A stretch of 64,000 bases of DNA from an uncultured archaeon (GCA_964608675.1 CAZSOZ010000001.1:300049-364048); one strand, 5' to 3'; positions 30,916 to 39,827 are shown, counted from the stretch's first letter. Numbers and translations: made by a program. The notes: generated by a model not told the origin, from the letters alone.

Positions 30916-31370
30916 TATTTCACCATTAATTCTGCTTCTTCTTCTGTGTATCTCCATCCTTCAGGGATTTTTCCTTTGTTTGAATAATATTTTCCCAGCC
31001 TTCTTATTTTTGATACAGTCAGCTGGTATCCTCTTAAAGCACTTTTATCGTGCTTGTTGTTTTCGTAATGTTTTTTTTCTTTAACAGATTTTCTGATTAA
31101 GTTAAGTAAATTTCTTGGAAAATCAGATTTAATTCCTGCTTCTTCAATTATTTTTTCAATCTTTTTTTTGGTTGCTGTTTTAACTGAAGGAACAGCATAT
31201 TCGTCTCTTAAAATTATTCCTATTTCTGAAGAAGGGTGCCCTTTATGGGCTAATTCAATTATTTTTTCTTCTATTTCTTTTGGTTTTAATTCAATCCATT
31301 CAGGATTGCTTTTTTTTGCCGGTCTTTTTGAACCGCTTTTTCCTTTGCTTCTTCCGTGAATTCTAGCCAA
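30915..31370 (-). CDS. rps15: 30S ribosomal protein S15 (uS15)
   Basis: MARIHGRSKGKSGSKRP, IGIILRD, SKIRRL..YY. Confidence 0.96.
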   Translation of the reverse strand: MARIHGRSKGKSGSKRPAKKSNPEWIELKPKEIEEKIIELAHKGHPSSEIGIILRDEYAVPSVKTATKKKIEKIIEEAGIKSDFPRNLLNLIRKSVKEKKHYENNKHDKSALRGYQLTVSKIRRLGKYYSNKGKIPEGWRYTEEEAELMVK

Positions 31371-31501
31371 ATAAATCTACTCCTATAAAATACTTTTTAA
31401 TAACATAAAATAAATGCATAAAAAATAGCATCAAATTAATGCTTTACACTCAATATTTTGTGAAACATTAGGTTTTTATAGCTTTTTTCGATTCTTTTTG
31501 C

Positions 31502-32101
31502 TTATAAATATCTTCCTCTTTTTTCTACTTCCTGAATTCTTTTAATTACTGTTTTTCCGTGTTTTGATTTCAGGTATCCTTTTTCAATCCATTTCCATTC
31601 TTTTTTCTTTTCCGGATGGGAAGACAAAAAAGTTCTTTTAAATCCCAGTAAATCAACTGCAAAATCTTCAATTTTTTTTGAATTAAAGCCTAATCCAAAA
31701 TCAATAAAAAAAAGTTTTTCTTTAAATAATATGTTGTTGGCAGTTAAATCTCCATGCACAATCTGGTTTTTATGAAGCAAAGAAATCTGTTTTCCTAACT
31801 CCAAAAAATCTTTTTTCTTTAATTCATTAATTTGTTCTTTTATTTTTTTTGCTTTAATGAATTCCATTAAAATAATTCCTTTTTCTTTCTGAACTTCAAA
31901 CAAAACAGGAGTTCTTATTCCAGCCAGTTTTGCTTTATGAATCAGGTTTGCTTCGTCTCTTGTTCTATGTTTTCTGATTTTTTCATCCAATTTTTTGTTT
32001 CTGTATTTTTTGTTTGTCCTGTGTTTTTCAATTATTTTTCTTCCAAACTTTTTAATTAAAAAAGTTCTTGCTTCTGCTCCCTCAAAAATCAGTTTTTTCA
32101 T
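31502..32101 (-). CDS. bud32: KEOPS kinase Bud32
   Basis: GAEA, RTRDEA, HGDLTANN, IDFGL, AVDL, RGRY C-terminus. Confidence 0.93.
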   Translation of the reverse strand: MKKLIFEGAEARTFLIKKFGRKIIEKHRTNKKYRNKKLDEKIRKHRTRDEANLIHKAKLAGIRTPVLFEVQKEKGIILMEFIKAKKIKEQINELKKKDFLELGKQISLLHKNQIVHGDLTANNILFKEKLFFIDFGLGFNSKKIEDFAVDLLGFKRTFLSSHPEKKKEWKWIEKGYLKSKHGKTVIKRIQEVEKRGRYL

Positions 32102-32126
32102 TTAAAAATTAAATAAAAAAAAGTAT

Positions 32127-32654
32127 TTAACAGCTTCTTTTGTCTTTTATTTCTCTGAAAGAAATTATTATTGAATTAGTTGTATCTAAAACATTTTCAT
32201 TCCATTCTTTTGTTTTTTCTGCAAGCTTGTCATATTCAAGGTATTCCTGAATTGAATTTCTTGCTGATTCAGCAGAGCTTATAATTGAATCAACTGCTTC
32301 CATCTGCTTTTTGCATTCAATTGCTTTTCTTGCTTCAATCAAATTCAACTGCATTAAAATTAATTCTTTTCTTGCTTTAACCAGAAGCTTTAATGCATTT
32401 GCTTCTTTATCTTGTTTTTTTTCGTTCAGTTTTTTTTCAAAATCAGTTAATTCAAGATTGTATTCTTTAAGTTTCTGTTCTTGTGCAGGAACAAGACCTT
32501 CAGAAAAAAATTTGCTGTCAATTGATTCCAATTCATTTAAGCCTTCTTCAAAGGAAATTGTGTTGAATGCGTTTTCAACGTAAACAAAATAATACAATAA
32601 GAGCGCTGCAAGCAGAACCAAAAGCAATTTACTTCGCATATTCATTAAAACCAC
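32127..32654 (-). CDS. Hypothetical membrane-anchored helical protein
   Basis: N-terminal TM, coiled-coil body, two Cys. Confidence 0.65.
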   Translation of the reverse strand: MVLMNMRSKLLLVLLAALLLYYFVYVENAFNTISFEEGLNELESIDSKFFSEGLVPAQEQKLKEYNLELTDFEKKLNEKKQDKEANALKLLVKARKELILMQLNLIEARKAIECKKQMEAVDSIISSAESARNSIQEYLEYDKLAEKTKEWNENVLDTTNSIIISFREIKDKRSC

Positions 32655-32690
32655 TAGTAATAATATTTCTTCTTTTTATTAAAGTTTTTT

Positions 32691-32699
32691 GGTTTTCGG
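32691..32699. repeat. Left 9-bp target site duplication GGTTTTCGG
   Basis: Identical copy at 38119-38127, directly outside the right TIR. Confidence 0.92.
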
Positions 32700-32717
32700 G
32701 ACGTTGTTTAAAAAGTC
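32700..32717 (+). repeat. Left terminal inverted repeat GACGTTGTTTAAAAAGTC
   Basis: Reverse complement of 38101-38118 is GACGTTGTTTAAAAACTC. Confidence 0.92.
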
Positions 32718-32770
32718 CTTTTTAGAGGCTTCTGTTTAAAAACTATTTTTTAAATAGCTGTGTCTAAAAA
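32705..32770 (+). repeat. Three TGT(T/C)TAAAAA boxes at 28-bp periodicity (one in the TIR, two subterminal)
   Basis: Copies start at 32705, 32733 and 32761; inverted copies at 38051-38063 and 38101-38113. Confidence 0.75.
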
Positions 32771-32782
32771 ACACTTTTAATA

Positions 32783-33814
32783 TTATTGAGATTTATGCAT
32801 CCATTTTAACAGATTTGTAGATGAAGAAGCACTTTTTCTGATTTTTCTTTTTTTAGTTGGCTTACGCCTTTCTAAAGCCATTCTTTCTGTACATATTTTT
32901 CTTGAAAATTTTTCATATTGTTTATTTTGCTTCTTCGGTTTAGCTAAATCAGATAAACTAACAGTAATGTAAACGCCATCGAATCTTAACGTATTCATTT
33001 TTCTCAAAAACACAAGCCCTTCAATTACCCAATCACGCTTAAGTTTAGAGAATTCATTATTTGTGCGTTCTAAAATGAAGCTATAAAAATCATCAAAATT
33101 AACTCTTTGTTCTTTTCTTGGATTTGGCTGTTGAAGTACTTTAGAAAAAAATTGTCTAATAAACCCCTCTATTTCTCCTGCAAGATATGGAATAGGAGGT
33201 TTTCTCTTTGAAAAAGTAAAATTTTTTGTTGTTTGATAAATGGCTATTTTAGGAAGACTTATAGTTATTCCAGTCGGGTTTTCTTTTAACTTACTTAAAA
33301 ATTCATTTTCATCTGCATTTCCTTTATAAAACTGAAGTTTTAAAGTTTCTTCATTCCCTGTGTTCTTGTACACATTGAAGCTCACAAAACATATTTTTTT
33401 GGATTCTCCTTCTCCAGATAAGTCTTTGTTTTTTTCATACATCTCTACTAAATTTTGTATTTTATCCACATGACAAATAAAAATAAAGTTGTTTGTTTTG
33501 TATTTTTTTCCAGAAATAAAAACATCGGACAGTCTTAATCTATTATTTTTAATATCTTCATAAATTTCTTCTTCTTTGTTTGGGAGAGAATTTTTTATTT
33601 CTATGAGGCACAAATTTTCATTCTTTGCAATAACTATATCTACTTCAAAAGATTTTCCTTCTTTTGTCTTTACGTCATCTTCAGCTTGAATTAAAGTCCA
33701 TTCAAGATTATTTTCTTTTAAAAATTTATGAACAAAACTAACTATCTGAAGTGTTGAAGAATAAAACTGTGAGTCTCTTATGAGTAAATCTATACATTTT
33801 TGTTTTTCATCCAC
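32783..33814 (-). CDS. PD-(D/E)XK nuclease-like protein (transposon cargo)
   Basis: E..(x)..EVDIVIAKNENLCLIEIK motif near the N-terminus; possible C-terminal winged helix; basic tail. Confidence 0.7.
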   Translation of the reverse strand: MDEKQKCIDLLIRDSQFYSSTLQIVSFVHKFLKENNLEWTLIQAEDDVKTKEGKSFEVDIVIAKNENLCLIEIKNSLPNKEEEIYEDIKNNRLRLSDVFISGKKYKTNNFIFICHVDKIQNLVEMYEKNKDLSGEGESKKICFVSFNVYKNTGNEETLKLQFYKGNADENEFLSKLKENPTGITISLPKIAIYQTTKNFTFSKRKPPIPYLAGEIEGFIRQFFSKVLQQPNPRKEQRVNFDDFYSFILERTNNEFSKLKRDWVIEGLVFLRKMNTLRFDGVYITVSLSDLAKPKKQNKQYEKFSRKICTERMALERRKPTKKRKIRKSASSSTNLLKWMHKSQ

Positions 33815-34963
33815 TTAACCACTTTGAATTTTTCCTTCCCCAAATCTTGAGAATAAATAAGAAATTAATTTAGAAAGAGAGACTCCAGAACAAGAGTATT
33901 GGGGGATAATCATCATTTCATAGGATGAATTACTTTCACTGTTTTTATCATAAAATAGTATATCGTAAGTTGAGCCATCATTATAATCCGTTGCTCGTGA
34001 ATGAAAATAGGGATTTCCAGAATGATATAAATTTACTAATATATTTTTGTTAGACTGCAAAATAGAACTAAAATTTTTGACAACCTGATGATTTGTTATT
34101 CCGGGGATATTTATGTCAAATTCTACTTTTATCTCATTTACTTTGTCTATTGTTCTTTCTTTGTTTTCAAAAAGCTCCAGCTTGTCAAATCTATCCTGAA
34201 TTATCTTGTTCAATATTCTTTCTTCAAAAAAGTCATAATATCCATCAACATACTTCACTAATCCTTTTCTTGAAATTTGTGTCCTTAATATTAATCTTTT
34301 GTTTTCAGAATCCCTTACATCAAAAGAAATTGTATTAATAAATGAGTTTTCTTCGCCAATATTTTTCAATACTTTTTCTATTGGAACATCAGATAGATAA
34401 TGTATCTCAGAACTATATAGTCTGCCTTTCCTAACAACTCGTTCTTCCTTTTGCCACCATCGTTTAATAGAGAGTAATGTTGCACTTATGAAATATCCCT
34501 CATTCTTTATTCCTTCTAAGATATCTCTAATTTGTGTCGATGAAATAAAAAGATTTTTAGAAAAAGGGTAAAGTTTGTTTAAAAAATAAGGAAGAGCTTC
34601 TCTTAAAAAGTTTGACTTGCCGTCTGACAAAAACAATGCCAAATGTTTAGTTTTATCAAATAAACAAAGGGCGTTCCCTTTTATTCTTTCAATTTTACCC
34701 TCAGAATTGTTCCTTAATTTTTCAATATGTAGTTTAACTAACTTCTTTGAAGCGGTTTCTTCGACAACATCAAAACGCAACAGAATATTATTTGAATATT
34801 TTTTACTAACAAAATCAAAAACCGAAATGGGTTCTACTGTTTTGGAAAAAAGAGTTATATAAAAAACTATTTTATTTTCTGAAATTTGAGAGATTTCCTT
34901 GTAGGATTTCAAATAACTTTGCATTTCTTTTATAGAATTAATATTTTCAGAAATGCCAGTCAT
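33815..34963 (-). CDS. Hypothetical protein, coupled partner of the nuclease (transposon cargo)
   Basis: 382-aa ORF whose stop abuts the GTG of the nuclease gene; GAGGGGG SD. Confidence 0.75.
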   Translation of the reverse strand: MTGISENINSIKEMQSYLKSYKEISQISENKIVFYITLFSKTVEPISVFDFVSKKYSNNILLRFDVVEETASKKLVKLHIEKLRNNSEGKIERIKGNALCLFDKTKHLALFLSDGKSNFLREALPYFLNKLYPFSKNLFISSTQIRDILEGIKNEGYFISATLLSIKRWWQKEERVVRKGRLYSSEIHYLSDVPIEKVLKNIGEENSFINTISFDVRDSENKRLILRTQISRKGLVKYVDGYYDFFEERILNKIIQDRFDKLELFENKERTIDKVNEIKVEFDINIPGITNHQVVKNFSSILQSNKNILVNLYHSGNPYFHSRATDYNDGSTYDILFYDKNSESNSSYEMMIIPQYSCSGVSLSKLISYLFSRFGEGKIQSG

Positions 34964-35252
34964 AAACCCCCCTCATTAACATTCGCTTTGAAATTATGGA
35001 TGTTAAAATTTAAATTACTATGGGAATGCTCGTTTTTGGCAAAAGCTGGTTTTTAAGTATTTTCATCCATTAACGATTTTACTGTTTTTTTCATTAAAAA
35101 ATCCAAATTGGTTTTATTGTTTCTTGCATAAATGGTTGTTGTTTTTGATTTGCCTGTCTTTAAATCAATTAGCCGTAACCTGTAATTTCCTTTTTGTCTT
35201 CCTATTTGCATGGAAAAATTTATTCAGTTTGTGCATTTAAACCACCAACAAC

Positions 35253-35272
35253 TTGTACAACTTTTTGTACAA
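35253..35272. promoter_or_regulatory. Tandem TTGTACAA palindromes upstream of the cargo lipoprotein promoter
   Basis: Copies at 35253-35260 and 35265-35272, directly before TTTAAAAA (TATA-like). Confidence 0.45.
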
Positions 35273-35305
35273 CATTTAAAAACATGATTTTATACAATAC
35301 TTTAG

Positions 35306-36289
35306 ATGATTTTAAAGAACAATCTCAAAATAATGAGTATTTTATTTATTTTTTTGTTCCTTTTTGGTTGCTTGGATTCAGAGGAGAATAACCAAAAACA
35401 AGAATTAAAGGAATCAGAAATTGAACTTTACTCACTTTATTTAGAAAGTATTTTCACTTCAGATTATGTTGTTGCTGATGCACAAGATGAGTTAAAATTT
35501 GAAGTGAGAAAATGCAATTTTGAGAAAGGAATGTTAGGAGAAAAACCTCTTCTTTTGGCTTTTGAAAGACCAATTATAAGCATTCATTCATTAGAAGGCA
35601 CTCCTGAAAGAAACACAGTAATTGCTGGAACACAAATCAATGACAAAAACTATGTTCAGACAGTTTTTGCACCACTCATAACTTTGGCAATAATTAACAA
35701 AGGCAAAACTGATAGCGGAGAAATAAGACTTTCTTTTGATGTTGAATCAAATGGAGATTTAACGTTTGCTAATGTTGAAAGATTTAGTTGGGGGGCAGGA
35801 TATAGAACAAAGTTTCCTGAAGATTTAGTACACAAACATTATTTTATAACAGAAGAAAATGAATATGTTTTTTTTGATGCTGACAAAATAGGTTCTGAAG
35901 ATTTGTCTGAAAACGAAATAGTTATGGATGAACTAACTGAAGCAAAAATTCTGACGCTTTGTAATGACGGGGTTCTTGATTATTCTGAGTTTCTTGGAGT
36001 TAATTTTCCTTGTAGACAATCCTTCAAAGAAATACAAATAGAGAATTTACAGCCAAATGAAATAGCCAAAATTTCTTTCTTTTATTTTCCTATGCAAAGA
36101 ATAAGTTTTGAATCTAAATATCCTGTTAATCCAAAATATCAGTTTCCAATAAAAGAAAAAGAAAACGAATTAACTGAAATTAAAATTTATTATGCAAATA
36201 ATGTTTCAAAAGAACTTTTATTAAAAATCAACCTTTCGCATTCTTTGAACGAGTTTTCTTTTGACGAGATTCTTGATAATTGTCAATGA
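35306..36289 (+). CDS. Putative lipoprotein (transposon cargo)
   Basis: Hydrophobic leader ending FLFGC (lipobox-like Cys), acidic body. Confidence 0.7.
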   Translation: MILKNNLKIMSILFIFLFLFGCLDSEENNQKQELKESEIELYSLYLESIFTSDYVVADAQDELKFEVRKCNFEKGMLGEKPLLLAFERPIISIHSLEGTPERNTVIAGTQINDKNYVQTVFAPLITLAIINKGKTDSGEIRLSFDVESNGDLTFANVERFSWGAGYRTKFPEDLVHKHYFITEENEYVFFDADKIGSEDLSENEIVMDELTEAKILTLCNDGVLDYSEFLGVNFPCRQSFKEIQIENLQPNEIAKISFFYFPMQRISFESKYPVNPKYQFPIKEKENELTEIKIYYANNVSKELLLKINLSHSLNEFSFDEILDNCQ

Positions 36290-36536
36290 GTTTTTTAAAA
36301 TCTTCCCACGTTGGAACATCTAACATTTCTTCCCTGAGTCTCCATCTAATTCTGTTTCCTTCTCGGTATACTTCTAATATGCTCGGCTGGTCAATTCCGC
36401 TCATGGCTCTTAAATATTTTTTTGCAGTAGCCCAACTCATGTGCGTTTTTAATGCAATTCTTCTGGTAGTTACTCCTCTATTAGCTAACCACAAATATTT
36501 TAGAATAATGTATTGAAAGTCATTTAGATTTTTCAT
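36228..36536 (-). CDS. Winged-helix DNA-binding protein
   Basis: LNDFQYIILKYL...VTTRRIALKTHMSWATAKKYL HTH plus wing; overlaps the upstream AbrB-like gene. Confidence 0.75.
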   Translation of the reverse strand: MKNLNDFQYIILKYLWLANRGVTTRRIALKTHMSWATAKKYLRAMSGIDQPSILEVYREGNRIRWRLREEMLDVPTWEDFKKLIDNYQESRQKKTRSKNAKG

Positions 36537-36756
36537 CTAAAAACCTCACAGTAACTTCCTTTTTGTCTTTTTTCTTTAAATCAAATAAAATTTTTGCTTT
36601 TTGTCCTTTTTTGATTTTTAAATAATCAGCCAATTCTTTAGGAAACCTTAAGAAGAATTGTCTGCTGTCAAAACTAACACTTACTTCCCACATATCAACT
36701 GATAAACTATCATCAATTGCTTTATTAACAGTTCCTCTTTGACTCAATTTTTTCAC
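36520..36756 (-). CDS. AbrB/SpoVT-like swapped-hairpin DNA-binding protein
   Basis: QFFLRFPKELADYLKIKKGQK matches the RIPK....L.I..G pattern. Confidence 0.72.
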   Translation of the reverse strand: MKKLSQRGTVNKAIDDSLSVDMWEVSVSFDSRQFFLRFPKELADYLKIKKGQKAKILFDLKKKDKKEVTVRFLDEKSK

Positions 36757-36783
36757 CTTTTTAATTATAATTTATTCACTTAA

Positions 36784-36869
36784 AACGTACGTTCAAGATA
36801 AAATAAAATATTAGTCGTACGAAACATATTTAAATCTATTTATACACTATTAATTATTCGTACGAATAA
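36784..36869. promoter_or_regulatory. Three CGTACG-core palindromic operators in the divergent AbrB/transposase promoter
   Basis: AACGTACGTT 36784-93, TCGTACGA 36815-22, TTATTCGTACGAATAA 36854-69, flanking TATA-like TTTAAAT/TTTATA. Confidence 0.65.
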
Positions 36870-36885
36870 CTCGCAAGGTGTTTTA

Positions 36886-38052
36886 ATGGATGAAAGCTTT
36901 TGCTGGAAATGTGGGTCAAAAAAAGTGATTAAAAAAGGCAAATCTGTTTCTAAATGGAAAAGTTTTTGGAAACAGAGATTTCAATGCCTTGCTTGTAATC
37001 ACAAGTTTATAAGTAAAAAAAAACATTTGATTGACTATGAAGAAAAAGAATTTGTTTACAAAACTAAACCAATCCCTAAAATAGATTGGAGTGCATACAA
37101 TAAAGCACAGACAAATGAAAAGCTTATGATATTCAGTTTAATTGATGAACTTCTTGATTTAATTTCTATGTCTCAAGAACAAAAAACTGGAAGACCTGCT
37201 ATTCAGATTAGAGATATGGTATTTTGTATGCTAATAAAAATATATACAAAAACTTCCAGCAGAGCAGTTGTTTCAGATTTAGAGTTAGCAAAAAGACAGG
37301 GTTACATAAATCATGTTCCTTGCTATTCAACTCTCATGTTATATTTTAATGATGAGAGACTTCAAAAAATATTAAAAGAATTAGTGCACTTGTCTGGACT
37401 GCCTTTGAAAGATGTCGAAGAACATTTTTCCATAGATTCATCAGGATTTTCAACCTCTCAATTTGGAAGGTGGTTTGACTTTAGATTTAGAAACAAATCA
37501 ATCATAACAGAGGAAAGGGTCTTTAGAAAAGCACATATAATGGTTGGCGTCAAAACAAATGTAATTACTGCAATAGAAATAACAACACAAACCCATGCAG
37601 ACAGCCCACAACTAAAAGCATTGCTAAAAAAAACAGTTTTGAATTATGATGTAAAGGAAGTTTCAGCAGATAAAGCTTATTTAAGCATAAATAATCTTGA
37701 ACTTATTGACTCTGTTGGGGCAGTTCCATTGATTCCATTCAAGAAAAATTCAAAAGGTTCAAGAGGAAGACAAGGAATGATTTGGAAAAAAATGTTTTGG
37801 TATCAAAAAAACAAACCTCAAGAGTTTTATGAACGCTATTACAAAAGAGCAAATGTAGAATCAACATTTAACATGATAAAACAAAAATTTACTCCAACTC
37901 TTATGACAAAAAATTTTGTAGCAAACGTGAATGAAATAATGGGCAAAGCATTATGCCACAACCTACGCTGTTTAATCTACGGATACTTTAAATTAGGAAT
38001 AAATAAAAAATTTGCAGAAGTCCTAACAAACAACCAAAATGTCACTTATTGA
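36886..38052 (+). CDS. IS5-family DDE transposase with N-terminal C4 zinc ribbon
   Basis: CWKC/CLAC, DWSAYNKAQ, IDSSG, ADKAY, YYKRANVESTFNMIK (Y-R-E-K). Confidence 0.92.
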   Translation: MDESFCWKCGSKKVIKKGKSVSKWKSFWKQRFQCLACNHKFISKKKHLIDYEEKEFVYKTKPIPKIDWSAYNKAQTNEKLMIFSLIDELLDLISMSQEQKTGRPAIQIRDMVFCMLIKIYTKTSSRAVVSDLELAKRQGYINHVPCYSTLMLYFNDERLQKILKELVHLSGLPLKDVEEHFSIDSSGFSTSQFGRWFDFRFRNKSIITEERVFRKAHIMVGVKTNVITAIEITTQTHADSPQLKALLKKTVLNYDVKEVSADKAYLSINNLELIDSVGAVPLIPFKKNSKGSRGRQGMIWKKMFWYQKNKPQEFYERYYKRANVESTFNMIKQKFTPTLMTKNFVANVNEIMGKALCHNLRCLIYGYFKLGINKKFAEVLTNNQNVTY

Positions 38053-38087
38053 GTTTTTAAACAAAAGTCTCAAAATATTAGAATCTG

Positions 38088-38669
38088 CTAATCTTGTGCT
38101 GAGTTTTTAAACAACGTCGGTTTTCGGATTTCCAGTATTCTGAAATAAAAGTTAGCAATAATGCTTGAAACCATGTGGCTGATTAAAAGAATGTAAAATG
38201 TTTCTTTTTCAAAAAATTCAGCTGAATAAAATTGTTTTGCAGTAAAATATAAAAGGAAAAAGATTATTAGTGTAAGAAAAACTTTTTTCCTGGTAAGTTT
38301 TATGTAATGAAATATCGGCACTTTTTCCACTAAAGCAAGCCCTAGCGGAACAACCAGGATCATAATCAAAAAAAAAGTGTATCCCCAGCCTGTCAACACC
38401 AGAAAAAGAAACGGAACCGAAAAAAGAAATGTTATTTGTTTGAATCGTTCCTTTAATTTTTCCGAGTTTTGTTTGTTCCATCCAAAATAATTTTCCAGCA
38501 GAGAAACAAAAACAACCATCGAAGTAGCCATTAAAACAAAATAAATTCTTGCTTGAATTGAATCAAAAAAAGGGCTTTCCTGCACTAAAAGAAAATAACT
38601 TGTTACTGCAAGAAAAAAAAATATTATGAATCCAATCCAGAACCTCTGCCTTAATTTTTTTGGCATCAT
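38088..38669 (-). CDS. Multi-pass membrane protein whose C-terminus is replaced by transposon sequence
   Basis: About 6 TM; the last codons (TLFKNSAQD) are read from the TIR. Confidence 0.7.
   Translation of the reverse strand: MMPKKLRQRFWIGFIIFFFLAVTSYFLLVQESPFFDSIQARIYFVLMATSMVVFVSLLENYFGWNKQNSEKLKERFKQITFLFSVPFLFLVLTGWGYTFFLIMILVVPLGLALVEKVPIFHYIKLTRKKVFLTLIIFFLLYFTAKQFYSAEFFEKETFYILLISHMVSSIIANFYFRILEIRKPTLFKNSAQD
38101..38118 (-). repeat. Right terminal inverted repeat
   Basis: GAGTTTTTAAACAACGTC, inverse of 32700-32717. Confidence 0.92.
38119..38127. repeat. Right 9-bp target site duplication GGTTTTCGG
   Basis: Identical to 32691-32699. Confidence 0.92.
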
Positions 38670-38693
38670 GATATTATTAATGCATTCGTTTAT

Positions 38694-39827
38694 TTATTTT
38701 TTGAGTATTTTTTTGAATTTTTTAAATAACCCGTTTTCTGTTTTTTCTTCTTCTTCGCTTAATTCTTCAAATAATTCTTTTTGTTTTTTTGTCATTTTTT
38801 TGGGTGTCCTGACAATAACTTTAATATATTCGTCTCCATAGCCTCCTTGTTCGATGTCTTTTATTCCTTTTCCTTTCAATCTGAAAATCGTTCCTGTTTG
38901 TGTTCCTTCAGGAATCTTTAATTCTGCTTTGCCTTTTAAAGTTGGAACTTCTATTTTTCCTCCTAATGCTGCAGTAGCAAAAGTAATCGGAACTTCTCCG
39001 TAAATATCTGTTTTATCTCTTCTGAAAAAATCATGAGGTTCAACAAAAACAACTACATACAAGTCTCCGTTTCCTGCTCCTCTTTCCCCTGCGTTTCCTT
39101 CTCCTTTTAGTCTTAAATATGCTCCGTTTTGCATTCCTTCAGGAATTTCTACTTTTATTTTTCTATTTTTTCTTTTTCTTCCTGTTCCGTTGCATTCACT
39201 GCAGGGATTTTTTATTGTTTTTCCTTCTCCTCTGCATCTTCTGCAGGTTGTTTTTGTGCTAAAAGTTCCGAAAGGAGTTCTTTGATTTCTTGTTTCGTAT
39301 CCTGTTCCTCTGCATTCAGGGCATGTAATTAAACCGTCTTTTTTTTCTGAACCTGTTCCATTGCATTTACTGCATTCTTCTAGTCTTTCTATTTCTATTT
39401 CTTTTTCTGTTCCGAATGCAGCTTCTTTGAATCCAATACTTAAGTCAACTCTTAAATCAACTCCTTTTTTTGGGCCTCTTCTTTTTCTTGAGCCAAAAAT
39501 GTCTCCAAATCCAAATGAATCAAATATGTCTTCAAAATCAAATCCTGCTCCGGAAAAATCAAATCCACTGAAGCCTTCTCCAAATCCTTTAAATCCCTGA
39601 AAGCCTTCTGCTGCATGCCCAAATTGATCATAATTTTTTCTTTTTTGAGGGTCTTTTAAAACAGAATAAGCTTCTAATACTTCCTTGAATTTTTCTTCTG
39701 CGTTTTCTTCTTTGGAAATATCTGGATGATATTTTTTTGCAAGCTTTTTGTATGCTGTTTTTATTTCCTGTTCTGATGCATTCTTGTTTATTCCTAAAAC
39801 TTCATAATAATCTTTTTTTTCCGCCAT
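38694..39827 (-). CDS. dnaJ: Chaperone DnaJ
   Basis: J domain with HPD, G/F region, four CxxCxGxG repeats. Confidence 0.98.
   Translation of the reverse strand: MAEKKDYYEVLGINKNASEQEIKTAYKKLAKKYHPDISKEENAEEKFKEVLEAYSVLKDPQKRKNYDQFGHAAEGFQGFKGFGEGFSGFDFSGAGFDFEDIFDSFGFGDIFGSRKRRGPKKGVDLRVDLSIGFKEAAFGTEKEIEIERLEECSKCNGTGSEKKDGLITCPECRGTGYETRNQRTPFGTFSTKTTCRRCRGEGKTIKNPCSECNGTGRKRKNRKIKVEIPEGMQNGAYLRLKGEGNAGERGAGNGDLYVVVFVEPHDFFRRDKTDIYGEVPITFATAALGGKIEVPTLKGKAELKIPEGTQTGTIFRLKGKGIKDIEQGGYGDEYIKVIVRTPKKMTKKQKELFEELSEEEEKTENGLFKKFKKILKK

Larger units (their letters stand above)
32700..38118 (+). mobile_element. Cargo-carrying IS5-family (IS903-like) transposon, 5,419 bp
   Basis: 18-bp TIRs (17/18 identical), 9-bp TSD, DDE transposase next to the right end, five passenger ORFs. 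Confidence 0.9.

Noticed and set aside
32705-32770. 28-bp periodic repeats as a mini-CRISPR array
   Set aside because: Repeat only 10 bp, spacers 18 bp, no cas genes; explained as transposon end boxes
34964-35250. Additional cargo gene upstream of the nuclease operon
   Set aside because: Only short interrupted frames; the 65-aa ORF at 35194 overlaps the lipoprotein promoter and has no protein-like features
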